Below are positions 1 through 10,245 of a stretch of DNA of 64,000 bases, piece by piece. How positions within the stretch are numbered: the stretch's first letter is position 1; each line of letters begins with the position of its first letter. The notes beneath the pieces were generated by a model. That model was not told the DNA's origin. It saw only the letters and a list, made by a program, of their open reading frames with translations, and did no database searches. The stretch is from Monocercomonoides exilis PA203 (lineage: Eukaryota; Protista; Preaxostyla). Location of the stretch: contig LSRY02000030.1 in assembly GCA_001643675.2 (NCBI GenBank), positions 992,001 through 1,056,000 of the forward strand, read 5' to 3'. The position numbers were made by a program, and so were the translations under genes.

Positions 1-3000
1 TCTTGTTGAATTGGATGATTGTGGTATTTTTATTTTGAGTGGAATATCTCCATTTTGTTTGACTGGAGGTTGTGGGCTGTTCACCAACATTTCTCTCAGT
101 TCATCTTCAACTGGGTTTTTGAAGACATTTCCCTCTCTCTTCTCTTCAAAAGCACAAGAAGGAGAGATTTCTCAGAAATTTCATGTTTCTGTTTGTTCAT
201 CACATTTTTCATCTTTTCGTGTCTCATCAACCACCTTTCTTTCATCGCCTTCCATTTCACAAATGTCACTTTCTCATCTGACATTTTTCAACATTTCAAC
301 AGCATCTTCAGATTGCCCATTTCCAACCACAATGTCAACACAAACCACATGTTTTATGAACTGCTGCTCATTTTCATCAGTTTGTGATGCATATGATGGA
401 GGAATTGTCCCTTCTCTCAACAACCCCTTGACTTCTTTGACAGTCTCAAACACCTCATTCGTTGGGTGCAGCCGGACAAGAAATGTGAAATGTGAAGGAA
501 CTGCAGATGGAAAGTTGACTCCTGCGAGACAAAACTCAACGGATAATGGAGCCAATTCATTCACTTGGTGCGAATGGAACGGATCGAAGACAACAGGAAA
601 CAAAGATGATTTTTCTGATGATGCTTCAAATGGTGGAGCAATTCGCATGTATAGTCTCAATTCTGGGGAACTTTCGGTTTCACATTGTTCATTCAACGAT
701 TGTTACGCTTATTTTGCCGGGGGAGGGACAATGTGCCATGGAATCAAATCAGTTGAAATCGAAGACAGCATATTCAATTCGTGTGCTGTTCAAAGCAACT
801 CTGGAGGAGGGATATTCATTTATTCAATTTCATCATGTGCAAGGATCAGTGGATGTGAATTTCTGAATTGCACAGCAATGCTTGATGGAGGAGGAATTCA
901 TCTCAATAATTTTCAGGTTTCGGGAACAGGATGTATTGGAGATGAAAGTGGAGGAGGGGAGAGCGCGTGTGTGTTTAACTTAAACTTCACTTCATGTTCG
1001 CTTTCGAGAATCGAGGGCGGAGGCATGTATTGCAGAACAGTTCCAATAGATTTCAAAATAAGGAGTGTTCAATTATTATATTGTTATTCATTGTCTTCCG
1101 GAGGAGGGTTTTGGATTAATCCGAATAGAGATAATGCGCCAAATGATACATTTTATTGTTATTTTTTATTTTTCCACGAATGCAAATGCAGAGATGAGAG
1201 CACTCCATATGGTCACGACGTGATGTTTTATGATCAAAATAATCTCTATTTGTCCCAAAATAATCCATTCAAAGAATGCTTCACAACGAATGCAGATGGC
1301 AAGAGAGTGCGATACGGATATGATTTATCGAATTCGGGGAATTGGAAATTTCAGCACATGGAAAAGAAGAATTGGCTGAAAGATAAAACGTTATATGTCT
1401 CAGTGAGTGGGAATGATGCATCTCCGCTTTGTGGGGCAGATATAACGCATCCATGCCTAACAGTGAAGAAGGCTTTTGAGATGTGCGAAATGCTATTGAG
1501 CTTATCAGTCACACTGATGGAAGGGAATCATCAAAGCGAGTCAACAACAATTGATATTGGAGAAAAGAAGATTTCAGTCATTGGGACAAGTAAAGAGAAG
1601 AGTGCAATTGGAACAAGAGCACTTTTATCAACTGAACCGCTGTTCAGTGTGACGACGGGTAACCTTGGTTTATTGCACATGAAGGTTGATTGTAACTCAA
1701 ATGAAAGTCCTTCTCTAAATGCGGTTGTGGTGTCTGACGGGAGTGGGTCACTCTCATTGGAAGATGTTTTGATTACCACGAGCAAAACAGGAGACTATGT
1801 GATATCATCATCAGTGTTTGTGGTTCCGCTGTCGCAGCTGTTGATGACCGATGTGGAGATCAAAGATATGAATATTTCTCAATCATTGTTCTCCGAGACG
1901 GATCTTTCTTCTTCTTCTTCTTCTTCATTTTCTTCATCTTCCCTGTTATTGGCAGCCACTTCATCTGGAGAGAGCGCACTGGCGAACATGAAAGTGAAGA
2001 ATGTGAGGTTGATAGAAGGAGATGGGGTGGTTGTGGCAAAGAGTGTGAAGGAAGGGGAGACATTTGTTGTTCAGAATGTGACAATCGAGGATTGTGAGTG
2101 CGAGAATGGGAGTGGTGGAGGAATCAAGGTTGAGTTGGAAACAGATACGAGCAAGCTTCGGGTTGAAAGAACAACAACAATCAAGAGATGCACAAGTGGG
2201 AAATATGGAGGAGGGATGATGCTGCAAATGGCTGACAACTCATTTGACTTCACGATTGTGTCAGTTGACTTTTCAGGGTGTTCTGCCTCATTGGGGGGGA
2301 ATTATGTGTTCGTGAATGGGAGCGATTCAGCGAGCTGGGGAATAACAACAGAAAAGCTGAATGTCCAACATGACGATTCAAAATACAATGAGCTGGTGGG
2401 ATATGATCGGAGTGACACAACAATGGGGCTATTCCCGTTGAATGTGTATTTGGACAGATATCCAGATGCAGCACATGTGGGGAAGGGGAAGGATGGGCTG
2501 GGTGGATACGACTCGTGGTTCTGTGGGTTTGACTATTATCCGTGTGCCACCATCACCCATGCAGCGCAGGTGAGATATGCAGACACAAACAAGAAGATCG
2601 AATTGGATTCAGGATTTGAGCTTGCTGAAGAGGTTGGAATGACAGATGGCTGTGAATGGGAGATTTCATGTGCGAGAAAAGGGATGGAAGTTGGGGTGAA
2701 AGCACCAGAGATTTTTGAGTCATCTTGTCTGATTGAGGTGTTGAGCAAATGTTCAGTGAGAAACATCAAGTTCTGTATTCCATCTGCTCTATCTGGTGCA
2801 ACATCATCATCTCTGATCGCATCCAACTCTACGCTCCTCACACTCACTGACTGTTCTGTTGTTTGTTCATCAGAGAATCCCATTAGATATTGTTTTGTGA
2901 ATATGATTGGGGGAAAAGTGAAAGCGGAGGGATTGGTGATCACAGAGACATTGAGATTTGGAGAACATTCACTGGTTGAGTTTGGTGAAGGGGTGGAATC

Positions 3001-6000
3001 AGTTGTGTTTTGGGGGTGTGAGGCGAGCAACATTGAGAAGAGAAATGGAGATGGAGGATGGGTGAGTGGAGTGGTTGGGGCAGAGAGAGATGAGGGGAAG
3101 AATGGGATAATTGTGATTGAGTCGTGTGTTGTGAAGGGATGCAGGTGTGTTGGTGGAAGAGGAGGAGGGATGAGTGTTGTTGTGAAGGGGGAAGGGAGTG
3201 TTGTTGTGAATAGGAGTTGTGTGATTGATGGGTGTGAGGCGAAGGGTTCAGGGGAGAGTTCAGGTGGGAGAAGTGAAGGGAGAGGGGGAGGGATGATGAT
3301 TGTGATGGAGAGTAGGGATGGTTCAATGAAAATGGAGTCGGAAAGAGAGGGTTTGTTTGTGTTTGGAGAGAATAACAAAGCTCAATATGGGAAGGATGTG
3401 TTTGTTGAATGTGGTGGAGGAGTGTTGTTGGAGTGGAAAGTGAACAGGAGTTCATTTTCATTTTTTGATTATGGTGTGATTCCAACAGATGTTGTGAAGT
3501 TGTGTGGGAGTGAGGATGGGAGAGAAGGGGAAGTGATTCCGCTGTTTGTGTATTTGTGTTCAATCGGGACAAAGCTGAGAGTTGATGGGAGAGGAGAGAG
3601 GGCGCTGGATCAGAGCCATTGTGGGTTTGAGGAGTTTGGGTGTTTGACGATTGACTATTGTGTTGGGAAGAGAGTGAGCATCAATGTGAATGAAATCGAA
3701 GTTGCCTCAGAAACATGGATAAAGAATGAGATGAAAGTGGCATCGTTTGAGTTGAGTCTTTCTGGGAAAGAAGAAGGGATGAGGGTGGTTGTGAGGGATG
3801 AAGGATCGATAAATCAAAACAACCTTATTGAGTGCACAAAATCATTTGAGATGAGACATTTGTCATTTGTGTTGAATGAAGAAATGAATGGGAAGAGAAG
3901 TGCATTTATCCACTCCTCATCATCAACCATCACAATGATCAGCTGTTCAGTCACATTTGGAAATGATGAAATGATTGGATACAATGTGATTTGTATTGAG
4001 GGAGGAGGGCTGGTTGTGAATGGGTTTGTGATGGAAGGGGGAGTGAGAATGAGTGGGAAACCGCCAATTGTTGCTTCGAATGGAGTTGAATTGGAGATGA
4101 ATAACAGTCGAATGAGTGGAGTGGAAGTTGTTGGTGGAATTGGAGGAGGAGGAGGATGTTTGAATGTGGAGATTTGTGTGAATGGGATTGTGAATATTGA
4201 AGAAAGCAATTTTTCATCAGTGTGTTCAGGAGTGAGTGGGATGAAAGGGGGAGGGATGAAGATATCAGTGGGGAAGGGAGGGAGGTTGGAAATGAAAAAT
4301 GTGAAATATTCAGGGTGTGAAGTGCCAAGAGAGGATGTTGGGGATGGAGGGAGAGGAATGGGAGGAGGGATGTTTGTGAAGCTGGCAGATGAGATGGGAA
4401 CATTTGTTATGGAAGGAATGATATTTGTTGGGTGCAATGCGTGGAAAGGGAAGAATGTGTTTGTGTCAGGATGGGATCTGAGAGAGATTGTGAACGAGGA
4501 GCACCTGAAATGGGAGATAAAGGATGAGGAGTTGGGATCGTTGGATGAGTTGTGTGGATGGGAGAGGAAGACGACAGGGGAGGAGGGATATGTGATTCCA
4601 CTGGTTGTGTATTTGTGGAGGAACTGGAGTGGGGATGGGTATGTTTCTCGAGAGAAAGGAGGAGACTTCAGTGGGTGCGGGTATTCCGAGGCGCCATGCT
4701 CATCGATTGACCACTTGATATCACTTCGATGTCCAACACTTGGAGAAGGAGAAACACATATTGCCATTGTGGGATCAGGGCTGCTGAGCCATTCCATATC
4801 ATTTTCATCTTCATCTTCATTTTCATTTTCTTCATCATCAATATCAGAGTCACCAAAAGTGGTAATTGAAGGAACAAAGAAAGGGACAGGGGTGATGATC
4901 AGTGATGAAGATGAGAATGATTTGTCCGATGGTTCAATGATATCATCGAATGTGAGTCTGTCATTTGTGAATGTGTCATTCACCAAGCCAGCCATCACAA
5001 CCCATCATTCAGTGTTGATTGAATCCTCTGGAGCAAACACATTATTGTCAGTTTCAGATTGTTCATTTGGCCCAGGGAGGGGAGTGGAAGAAAGTTTTGG
5101 ATATTGTGTGATGAGAGTGAATGGGGGGAGTGTATTTATTGAAAAGTGTTCGTTGAGTTTGATTTCAGAGTTGAAAGGGTTGATTGCGTTCAGCCCAAGT
5201 GCAGGTGAGGTGACACTTCAGAATGTGAACATTTCATTTGCCGATGTGACAGAAAGAAGTCTGATTTCGATGATAGATGAGGATAACAAAATGAATGGAG
5301 AAAAGAAGGTGTTTTCAAATGGGAACGGACCAGTTCTGAGGGTTGTTGGGTGTTCATTTGCGAACATCACAAACGAAGGGATTGGAGCGAGTGTTGTTGA
5401 TGTGGGATCATTTGAGCATGGAATGGAGTGTGTGATTGATGAGTGTTCTATGTCGAGTTGCAAGAGTGGCTTGAGTGTTGAAGGAGGGGGAATGAGAGTG
5501 GTGCTGAAGAGTGGGGAGTCAGTGTTGAAAGTGAATGGGAGCTCGTTTTCGATGTGCAAGTGCTCGAGTGAGACAGGGTGTGGAGGAGGGCTGTTTATTG
5601 ATGGATCTGACCCACATGCGAATTATAGAAATGAGAGTCAGATTCCACCTCTGAATTTCAAGATTGTGAACATCCTGTTTGTGATGAATGAGGCACATGT
5701 GGGGAAAGACGTGTTTGTCAGATGCCACTCGATTGCTCACCAGATCAACGAAACACTGTTTGCGCTGAACTACAACCAGGAGTCACTGAACTCGAACAAC
5801 TCGATCTATGGGAGGGATGTTTTGAGCGAGGGAGATGTTGATCTGATTCCGCTGATCACATTCTATTATTCGGCACAGGTGTTTGTGAGTGGGAGAGGGA
5901 GTGACAACAGGCAGTGTGGGGCACAGAGCAATCCGTGTGCAAGCATCGACTGTGGGGTTGAGCACATTCAGGAAGGGGTGATGAATGCAATTCTGATTGA

Positions 6001-8731
6001 TGGGGAAGTGTTTGTGACGAAGGAATGTGTGATTGGAGATATGGTTGTGAATTCATTGAAAAAGACACAGGGGATTGTTCGATTGAACTCTAAGATTGAG
6101 ATATCAGGTGAGAAGGATTGTGTGATGGAGTTTGTGAATGAATGTTCAGTGGAGAGATGCTCATTCCAGCTTGAAGATGGATTTGAGTCAGCTCACAATT
6201 ATTTTATGAAAGTGAAGAACGGGTCAATGGAGATCCAAAAATGCGAGTTCTTCTCTTCTTCTGATGAACTGAAGTTGAACAGTTCAATTGTGAGTGTGGA
6301 AAGTGGAGAGCTGAAGATATCAGAAACAACATTCAGGGATATTCATTTAACAAAATCAATTCTTTCATTTTGTGAGGAATCGAATGTGACAATTGATGAA
6401 ACAAGAATATCAAATCTCAGATGTGAGGGAGATGTTGTGAGTGTTGGAGGGAAAGCGAAAGTGGAGATGAAAGAGATGAAAGTTGAGAATGTGACTCTGT
6501 TGTTGGAGGGGTGTGTGATTGGGATGGAAGATGCTGAGAAAGAGGTGAGTGTACTGAACAGCTCATTCGAAAAGTGCGAGAATTCAGTTGATAAGGGAAG
6601 CATGATGCAGATCAAAAATTCCAAGGATGTGAGGATTGTGAATTGTGTGTTTGATGGAGAAAAAGAAGATGAAATTGTCAATGAAGAAAACAATAGAAAA
6701 GAGGGATTGTGCAAATGGAATGGGTCATTGGTTGATGTTGAGAAGAGCAAAGTGGAGATGAGGGAAACAACAATCAGAAATAGCAAGGGAGGAGGGTTGT
6801 GGGTGAGTGGAGGGAGTGTGAAGATTGAAAATGGAAAGTTTGAGAACAACAACCCATCGATTGAGGGATATCCATCAGCCAGAAGGAATGTGATTTGTGA
6901 AGGGAATGGGGAGTTGAATGTTGTGAATGTGAAAGGGGGAGATGGACTGAAAGATAACTCATCATTGTGGATATTGGATGAGGGATGCGAATTGGGAGGG
7001 ATAGCAACTGAAAGAGGATCATCATTTTTCATCCCTGTTTTGGAAGAGGTGAAGAATATTTCTCAGCCAAATGGGAATGTGGAGTTGATGATTCTTGGAA
7101 AGCTGTTTCTGCCATGTGATTTGTCGGTGAAGATGAGCATGAAAAATGGGGATGAGGAGGAGATTGTGAGAAAAGGGATTGAAGAAGATGGGTTTGTGTC
7201 AGAGAATGAGATTCACTCAGTTATTTCATGTTCAGAATGGGAGAAAGTGAGAGAAGAGACAGAAGTGAGTGTGTGGATTGTGTTTGGGAAAGCTGATTCC
7301 CTCACATCAACAGATTCGGTTATTGTGAAGAACAGGAGTGAAACTGTTGGAAAAGGAGATGAAAGGATTGTTGAAGGAGGGAAAGAAGGGAAGTCTTATT
7401 GGCTGTTGATTATTATAATCATGGGAATAATCCTTTTGATTGTTCTGATTGTATCTGTCATTGTGACTATTCGTTGGAGAAAGGCAAAGAATGAGAATAA
7501 AGATCTGAGAGAGATTGTGAATGATACAGTGAGAAAGGATCCGAAGGCATTCGAGATGGTGACGATGGAGATGTCTCCAGAGGAGCAGTGGAGGAGAGCA
7601 GAGAAAGAGGCAGAGAAGAAGAATGATGAGAGGATAAAGAAAAGAATGTATGAGACGAATATGCAACATTCAGTGTCATCTGAGCATTTGCTGAGTGAGA
7701 GTGGATCGACTGAATATATCTTGGGAAAAGACTCAGACAAGATTCCTCAATGGGCATTGGAAAAGGTTGATGAGAAAGAGGAAGAGACAAGGAAAAGAAC
7801 ACCATCACCATCCATCTCATCCACTTCAACAACTGATTCAGATTCAACATTTGTTCGATCGGAGAGTCTGTATCCCACCACCTCATCGATGTCGAATCTG
7901 GTGGATGCTATGGCCTGTTCGTCTCCTCATGAGAAGCTAATTGTGGATCTGAGGGATTCATTGTTCATGTTGCTTCACGGGCTGAACAAGACAAAGGAGA
8001 TGGCAATAGGCACTCTGCAGGAGAGGGAGCAGACAGCTGCCCAGATCCTGTTCTGGGTGGCTAATCTTGCTCTCCACTCGTTTGACGAAATGGAAAACCC
8101 ACTTCAATCATTGTCCACTCTGAGTCCTCACATTGTATTGTTTTCAGAACACATGGTGATCTGCATTGTGATGCACTCTGATCTCCTTTCTTCTGATGAT
8201 TCAGACTCATCATCCATCTCTTCATCAACAGTTGTAACATCTGCCAGTGATGATGATGATGATTCTCTGCCCTCATCTGCATTTGATGATGAGAGCCTTT
8301 TCAAAAAAGAGTGCCTGAGATGGAAGGCGCCAGAGCTGCTGATGAACAAGAAGATGGGGGCAACAAAGGAGTCGGTTGCATTTTCGATCGGGATGATGCT
8401 GTGGGAGTGTTTGACATTGGAAATTCCGTTTGGAGAGTATGAAGGGGAGGTGGCAGGGCAGAAGATTGTGAATGGAGAAAGACCAGAGCTGGAGAAGGTG
8501 ATTGGAAGCAAGTTGGATGAAGCAATGAACATATGCGTTTCTCAGGATGCAGTATCCAGGCCTTCGCTGACAGTTCTGAAGCGAATGTTGTTTGAGCACT
8601 TTCCGGCAGGTACGATGATGATGACAATGTCAGATGCTGTTGATTATGCGTGCTACTCAGAAAGGTGTGAAAGCAATGGGCGGTGCATTAAGAGCAGCTC
8701 TATCCGTGGTGAGGGCGAAAGAACGAGTTGA
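1..8731 (+). CDS. Giant single-pass receptor: Cys/Gly-rich beta-helix (Pmp/pectin-lyase-like) ectodomain, TM helix, C-terminal TKL/TK-like pseudokinase; 5' end lies upstream of the window
   Basis: 2906-aa intronless ORF with the frame open to base 2. The paralog at 57369 has about 160 more N-terminal residues. Repeated FxxC...GG[AG]I motifs; five modules starting V..G.D...CG....PC.[TS][IV] (GC in one); TM YWLLIIIIMGIILLIVLIVSVIVTI at about 7397-7471; kinase C-lobe motifs RWKAPE, FSIGMMLWEC and RPSL at about 8320-8570, with no recognisable HRD or DFG. Confidence 0.85.
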   Translation, partial: LVELDDCGIFILSGISPFCLTGGCGLFTNISLSSSSTGFLKTFPSLFSSKAQEGEISQKFHVSVCSSHFSSFRVSSTTFLSSPSISQMSLSHLTFFNISTASSDCPFPTTMSTQTTCFMNCCSFSSVCDAYDGGIVPSLNNPLTSLTVSNTSFVGCSRTRNVKCEGTADGKLTPARQNSTDNGANSFTWCEWNGSKTTGNKDDFSDDASNGGAIRMYSLNSGELSVSHCSFNDCYAYFAGGGTMCHGIKSVEIEDSIFNSCAVQSNSGGGIFIYSISSCARISGCEFLNCTAMLDGGGIHLNNFQVSGTGCIGDESGGGESACVFNLNFTSCSLSRIEGGGMYCRTVPIDFKIRSVQLLYCYSLSSGGGFWINPNRDNAPNDTFYCYFLFFHECKCRDESTPYGHDVMFYDQNNLYLSQNNPFKECFTTNADGKRVRYGYDLSNSGNWKFQHMEKKNWLKDKTLYVSVSGNDASPLCGADITHPCLTVKKAFEMCEMLLSLSVTLMEGNHQSESTTIDIGEKKISVIGTSKEKSAIGTRALLSTEPLFSVTTGNLGLLHMKVDCNSNESPSLNAVVVSDGSGSLSLEDVLITTSKTGDYVISSSVFVVPLSQLLMTDVEIKDMNISQSLFSETDLSSSSSSSFSSSSLLLAATSSGESALANMKVKNVRLIEGDGVVVAKSVKEGETFVVQNVTIEDCECENGSGGGIKVELETDTSKLRVERTTTIKRCTSGKYGGGMMLQMADNSFDFTIVSVDFSGCSASLGGNYVFVNGSDSASWGITTEKLNVQHDDSKYNELVGYDRSDTTMGLFPLNVYLDRYPDAAHVGKGKDGLGGYDSWFCGFDYYPCATITHAAQVRYADTNKKIELDSGFELAEEVGMTDGCEWEISCARKGMEVGVKAPEIFESSCLIEVLSKCSVRNIKFCIPSALSGATSSSLIASNSTLLTLTDCSVVCSSENPIRYCFVNMIGGKVKAEGLVITETLRFGEHSLVEFGEGVESVVFWGCEASNIEKRNGDGGWVSGVVGAERDEGKNGIIVIESCVVKGCRCVGGRGGGMSVVVKGEGSVVVNRSCVIDGCEAKGSGESSGGRSEGRGGGMMIVMESRDGSMKMESEREGLFVFGENNKAQYGKDVFVECGGGVLLEWKVNRSSFSFFDYGVIPTDVVKLCGSEDGREGEVIPLFVYLCSIGTKLRVDGRGERALDQSHCGFEEFGCLTIDYCVGKRVSINVNEIEVASETWIKNEMKVASFELSLSGKEEGMRVVVRDEGSINQNNLIECTKSFEMRHLSFVLNEEMNGKRSAFIHSSSSTITMISCSVTFGNDEMIGYNVICIEGGGLVVNGFVMEGGVRMSGKPPIVASNGVELEMNNSRMSGVEVVGGIGGGGGCLNVEICVNGIVNIEESNFSSVCSGVSGMKGGGMKISVGKGGRLEMKNVKYSGCEVPREDVGDGGRGMGGGMFVKLADEMGTFVMEGMIFVGCNAWKGKNVFVSGWDLREIVNEEHLKWEIKDEELGSLDELCGWERKTTGEEGYVIPLVVYLWRNWSGDGYVSREKGGDFSGCGYSEAPCSSIDHLISLRCPTLGEGETHIAIVGSGLLSHSISFSSSSSFSFSSSSISESPKVVIEGTKKGTGVMISDEDENDLSDGSMISSNVSLSFVNVSFTKPAITTHHSVLIESSGANTLLSVSDCSFGPGRGVEESFGYCVMRVNGGSVFIEKCSLSLISELKGLIAFSPSAGEVTLQNVNISFADVTERSLISMIDEDNKMNGEKKVFSNGNGPVLRVVGCSFANITNEGIGASVVDVGSFEHGMECVIDECSMSSCKSGLSVEGGGMRVVLKSGESVLKVNGSSFSMCKCSSETGCGGGLFIDGSDPHANYRNESQIPPLNFKIVNILFVMNEAHVGKDVFVRCHSIAHQINETLFALNYNQESLNSNNSIYGRDVLSEGDVDLIPLITFYYSAQVFVSGRGSDNRQCGAQSNPCASIDCGVEHIQEGVMNAILIDGEVFVTKECVIGDMVVNSLKKTQGIVRLNSKIEISGEKDCVMEFVNECSVERCSFQLEDGFESAHNYFMKVKNGSMEIQKCEFFSSSDELKLNSSIVSVESGELKISETTFRDIHLTKSILSFCEESNVTIDETRISNLRCEGDVVSVGGKAKVEMKEMKVENVTLLLEGCVIGMEDAEKEVSVLNSSFEKCENSVDKGSMMQIKNSKDVRIVNCVFDGEKEDEIVNEENNRKEGLCKWNGSLVDVEKSKVEMRETTIRNSKGGGLWVSGGSVKIENGKFENNNPSIEGYPSARRNVICEGNGELNVVNVKGGDGLKDNSSLWILDEGCELGGIATERGSSFFIPVLEEVKNISQPNGNVELMILGKLFLPCDLSVKMSMKNGDEEEIVRKGIEEDGFVSENEIHSVISCSEWEKVREETEVSVWIVFGKADSLTSTDSVIVKNRSETVGKGDERIVEGGKEGKSYWLLIIIIMGIILLIVLIVSVIVTIRWRKAKNENKDLREIVNDTVRKDPKAFEMVTMEMSPEEQWRRAEKEAEKKNDERIKKRMYETNMQHSVSSEHLLSESGSTEYILGKDSDKIPQWALEKVDEKEEETRKRTPSPSISSTSTTDSDSTFVRSESLYPTTSSMSNLVDAMACSSPHEKLIVDLRDSLFMLLHGLNKTKEMAIGTLQEREQTAAQILFWVANLALHSFDEMENPLQSLSTLSPHIVLFSEHMVICIVMHSDLLSSDDSDSSSISSSTVVTSASDDDDDSLPSSAFDDESLFKKECLRWKAPELLMNKKMGATKESVAFSIGMMLWECLTLEIPFGEYEGEVAGQKIVNGERPELEKVIGSKLDEAMNICVSQDAVSRPSLTVLKRMLFEHFPAGTMMMTMSDAVDYACYSERCESNGRCIKSSSIRGEGERTS

Positions 8732-9119
8732 TACGCAAACTAAAAATGGTGATTAGTGGTATTTTTGATCCAGAAGAAATGAGAGAACAAGAAAAGTCAA
8801 AAGTGCGGAACAAACGAATTTCTTCCAAATAAGGATTTGATAATGGCAGCTCATAAAGGAAAGGTTTTGGCGTTGTAACATTCTCTTTCATTTCTTTTTT
8901 TGAAGGTGAAATGTGGTCTGACGATCACTTTCGCAATAACGAAAACTCACAGTTTGACAGACCATTTTTCTTTCATTTTTATATGTTGATGGCTTTTTTA
9001 ACTTTTTTTTGAAAAAAATTAATAGTAATTGAATAATGTCCATAGCAATATCGTCATGCCTATGTACTCTGGTTTCGTTTGATATCCGACCAAGAAAACA
9101 TATTGCTGTTTCAAAGATA

Positions 9120-10086
9120 GGGTCAGTAATTTATCATATCCCCTTTTTTTTTATCGGGACCTAAATTTTCTGGCTCATAGGAGCACTTTCAGTAAAAAAT
9201 AAATAATAGGAAACCTTTTTTAAACTTTTATATACTATGCCAGAAAAATTTTTTTATTTTTTTTATTTCTGTAAATAGATCTGGAATTTTTTGTTTTATT
9301 TTTTTGATCAAAGACTTGCTCATATTTTCACGAGCTTTTTGTTTTGAGTGTTTTGAGCTATATCATTGTAAATTAACTGAACTTATTAATGCTTTTGGTA
9401 ATTTTTCATTGTTAAACACTTCGTTTTTTAATTATTTTTTCCATTTCATTATTTTTTGACAAAATTAGAAACAATAGCAGAGTTTGAAATTGTAATGGTT
9501 TTTCGTGTTAAAGAAAAGTTGAAAAAATGATTGTTATGTGCGTTACAAAGATTTTGAAATGAAAGAATGTGATTTGAAGCAAAAAATGCTAAAATATATA
9601 AAAACATGTTTTTTTTAAAAAAAATCTCGATCATTAAAAATTAAAGATTTTCATCCTTTTAAATACCTTTGTTTATTGATTGTTTTCATATTTTCCCTTT
9701 TGAATTAACGAAAAAACTTATTTATTCAAATGTATTTATCAATTTGTCGAAATTTAGTGAAATGGAAAAAATAATAAAAAAACGAAGTGTTTAACAATGA
9801 AAAATAACCAAAAGCATTAATAAGTTCAGTTAATTTACAATAACAACACTTAAAAATCTCAGAACAAAAAGCTCGTGAAAATATGAGCAAGTCTTTGATC
9901 AGAAAAATAAAACAAAAAACACCAGATCTTTTCACTAAAATTAAAAAAATTAAAAAATATTTTCATGAATAGCTTATTATAATATATCTGAAATTTTCTA
10001 TTATTTATTTTTTTCTAAAAGTGCTCCTGTGAGCCAGAAAATTTAGGTCCCGATTAATTTTTTGGGTACCGATAAATTTCTGACCC
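9120..10086. mobile_element. Non-autonomous fold-back/MITE-like DNA element A with long imperfect TIRs and TA flanks
   Basis: TA|GGGTCAG...CTGACCC|TA. The arm 9120-~9465 is an imperfect reverse complement of ~9742-10086 (e.g. gatcaaagacttgctcatattttcacgagctttttg and its reverse complement). No coding capacity. Confidence 0.85.
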
Positions 10087-10245
10087 TAATATTAATATCT
10101 ATCATTTCATTTTGTTTATATCATTTCATTTATTGTTTAATAAACAGAATAGTCAGCAAACCACCAATCAGATTTATTTCTTTTGTTTTTTTTCTGACAT
10201 TACAAAAACAATGCAGGAGTTTTTTTTTCCGTTCATTTTTATTTA

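Noticed and set aside
2536-7032. Long antisense ORFs (280, 394, 229 aa; likewise at 60374-62314)
   Set aside because: They are shadows of the G/T-rich codon usage of the receptor genes and yield Pro/Ser/Thr-rich translations with no domains.
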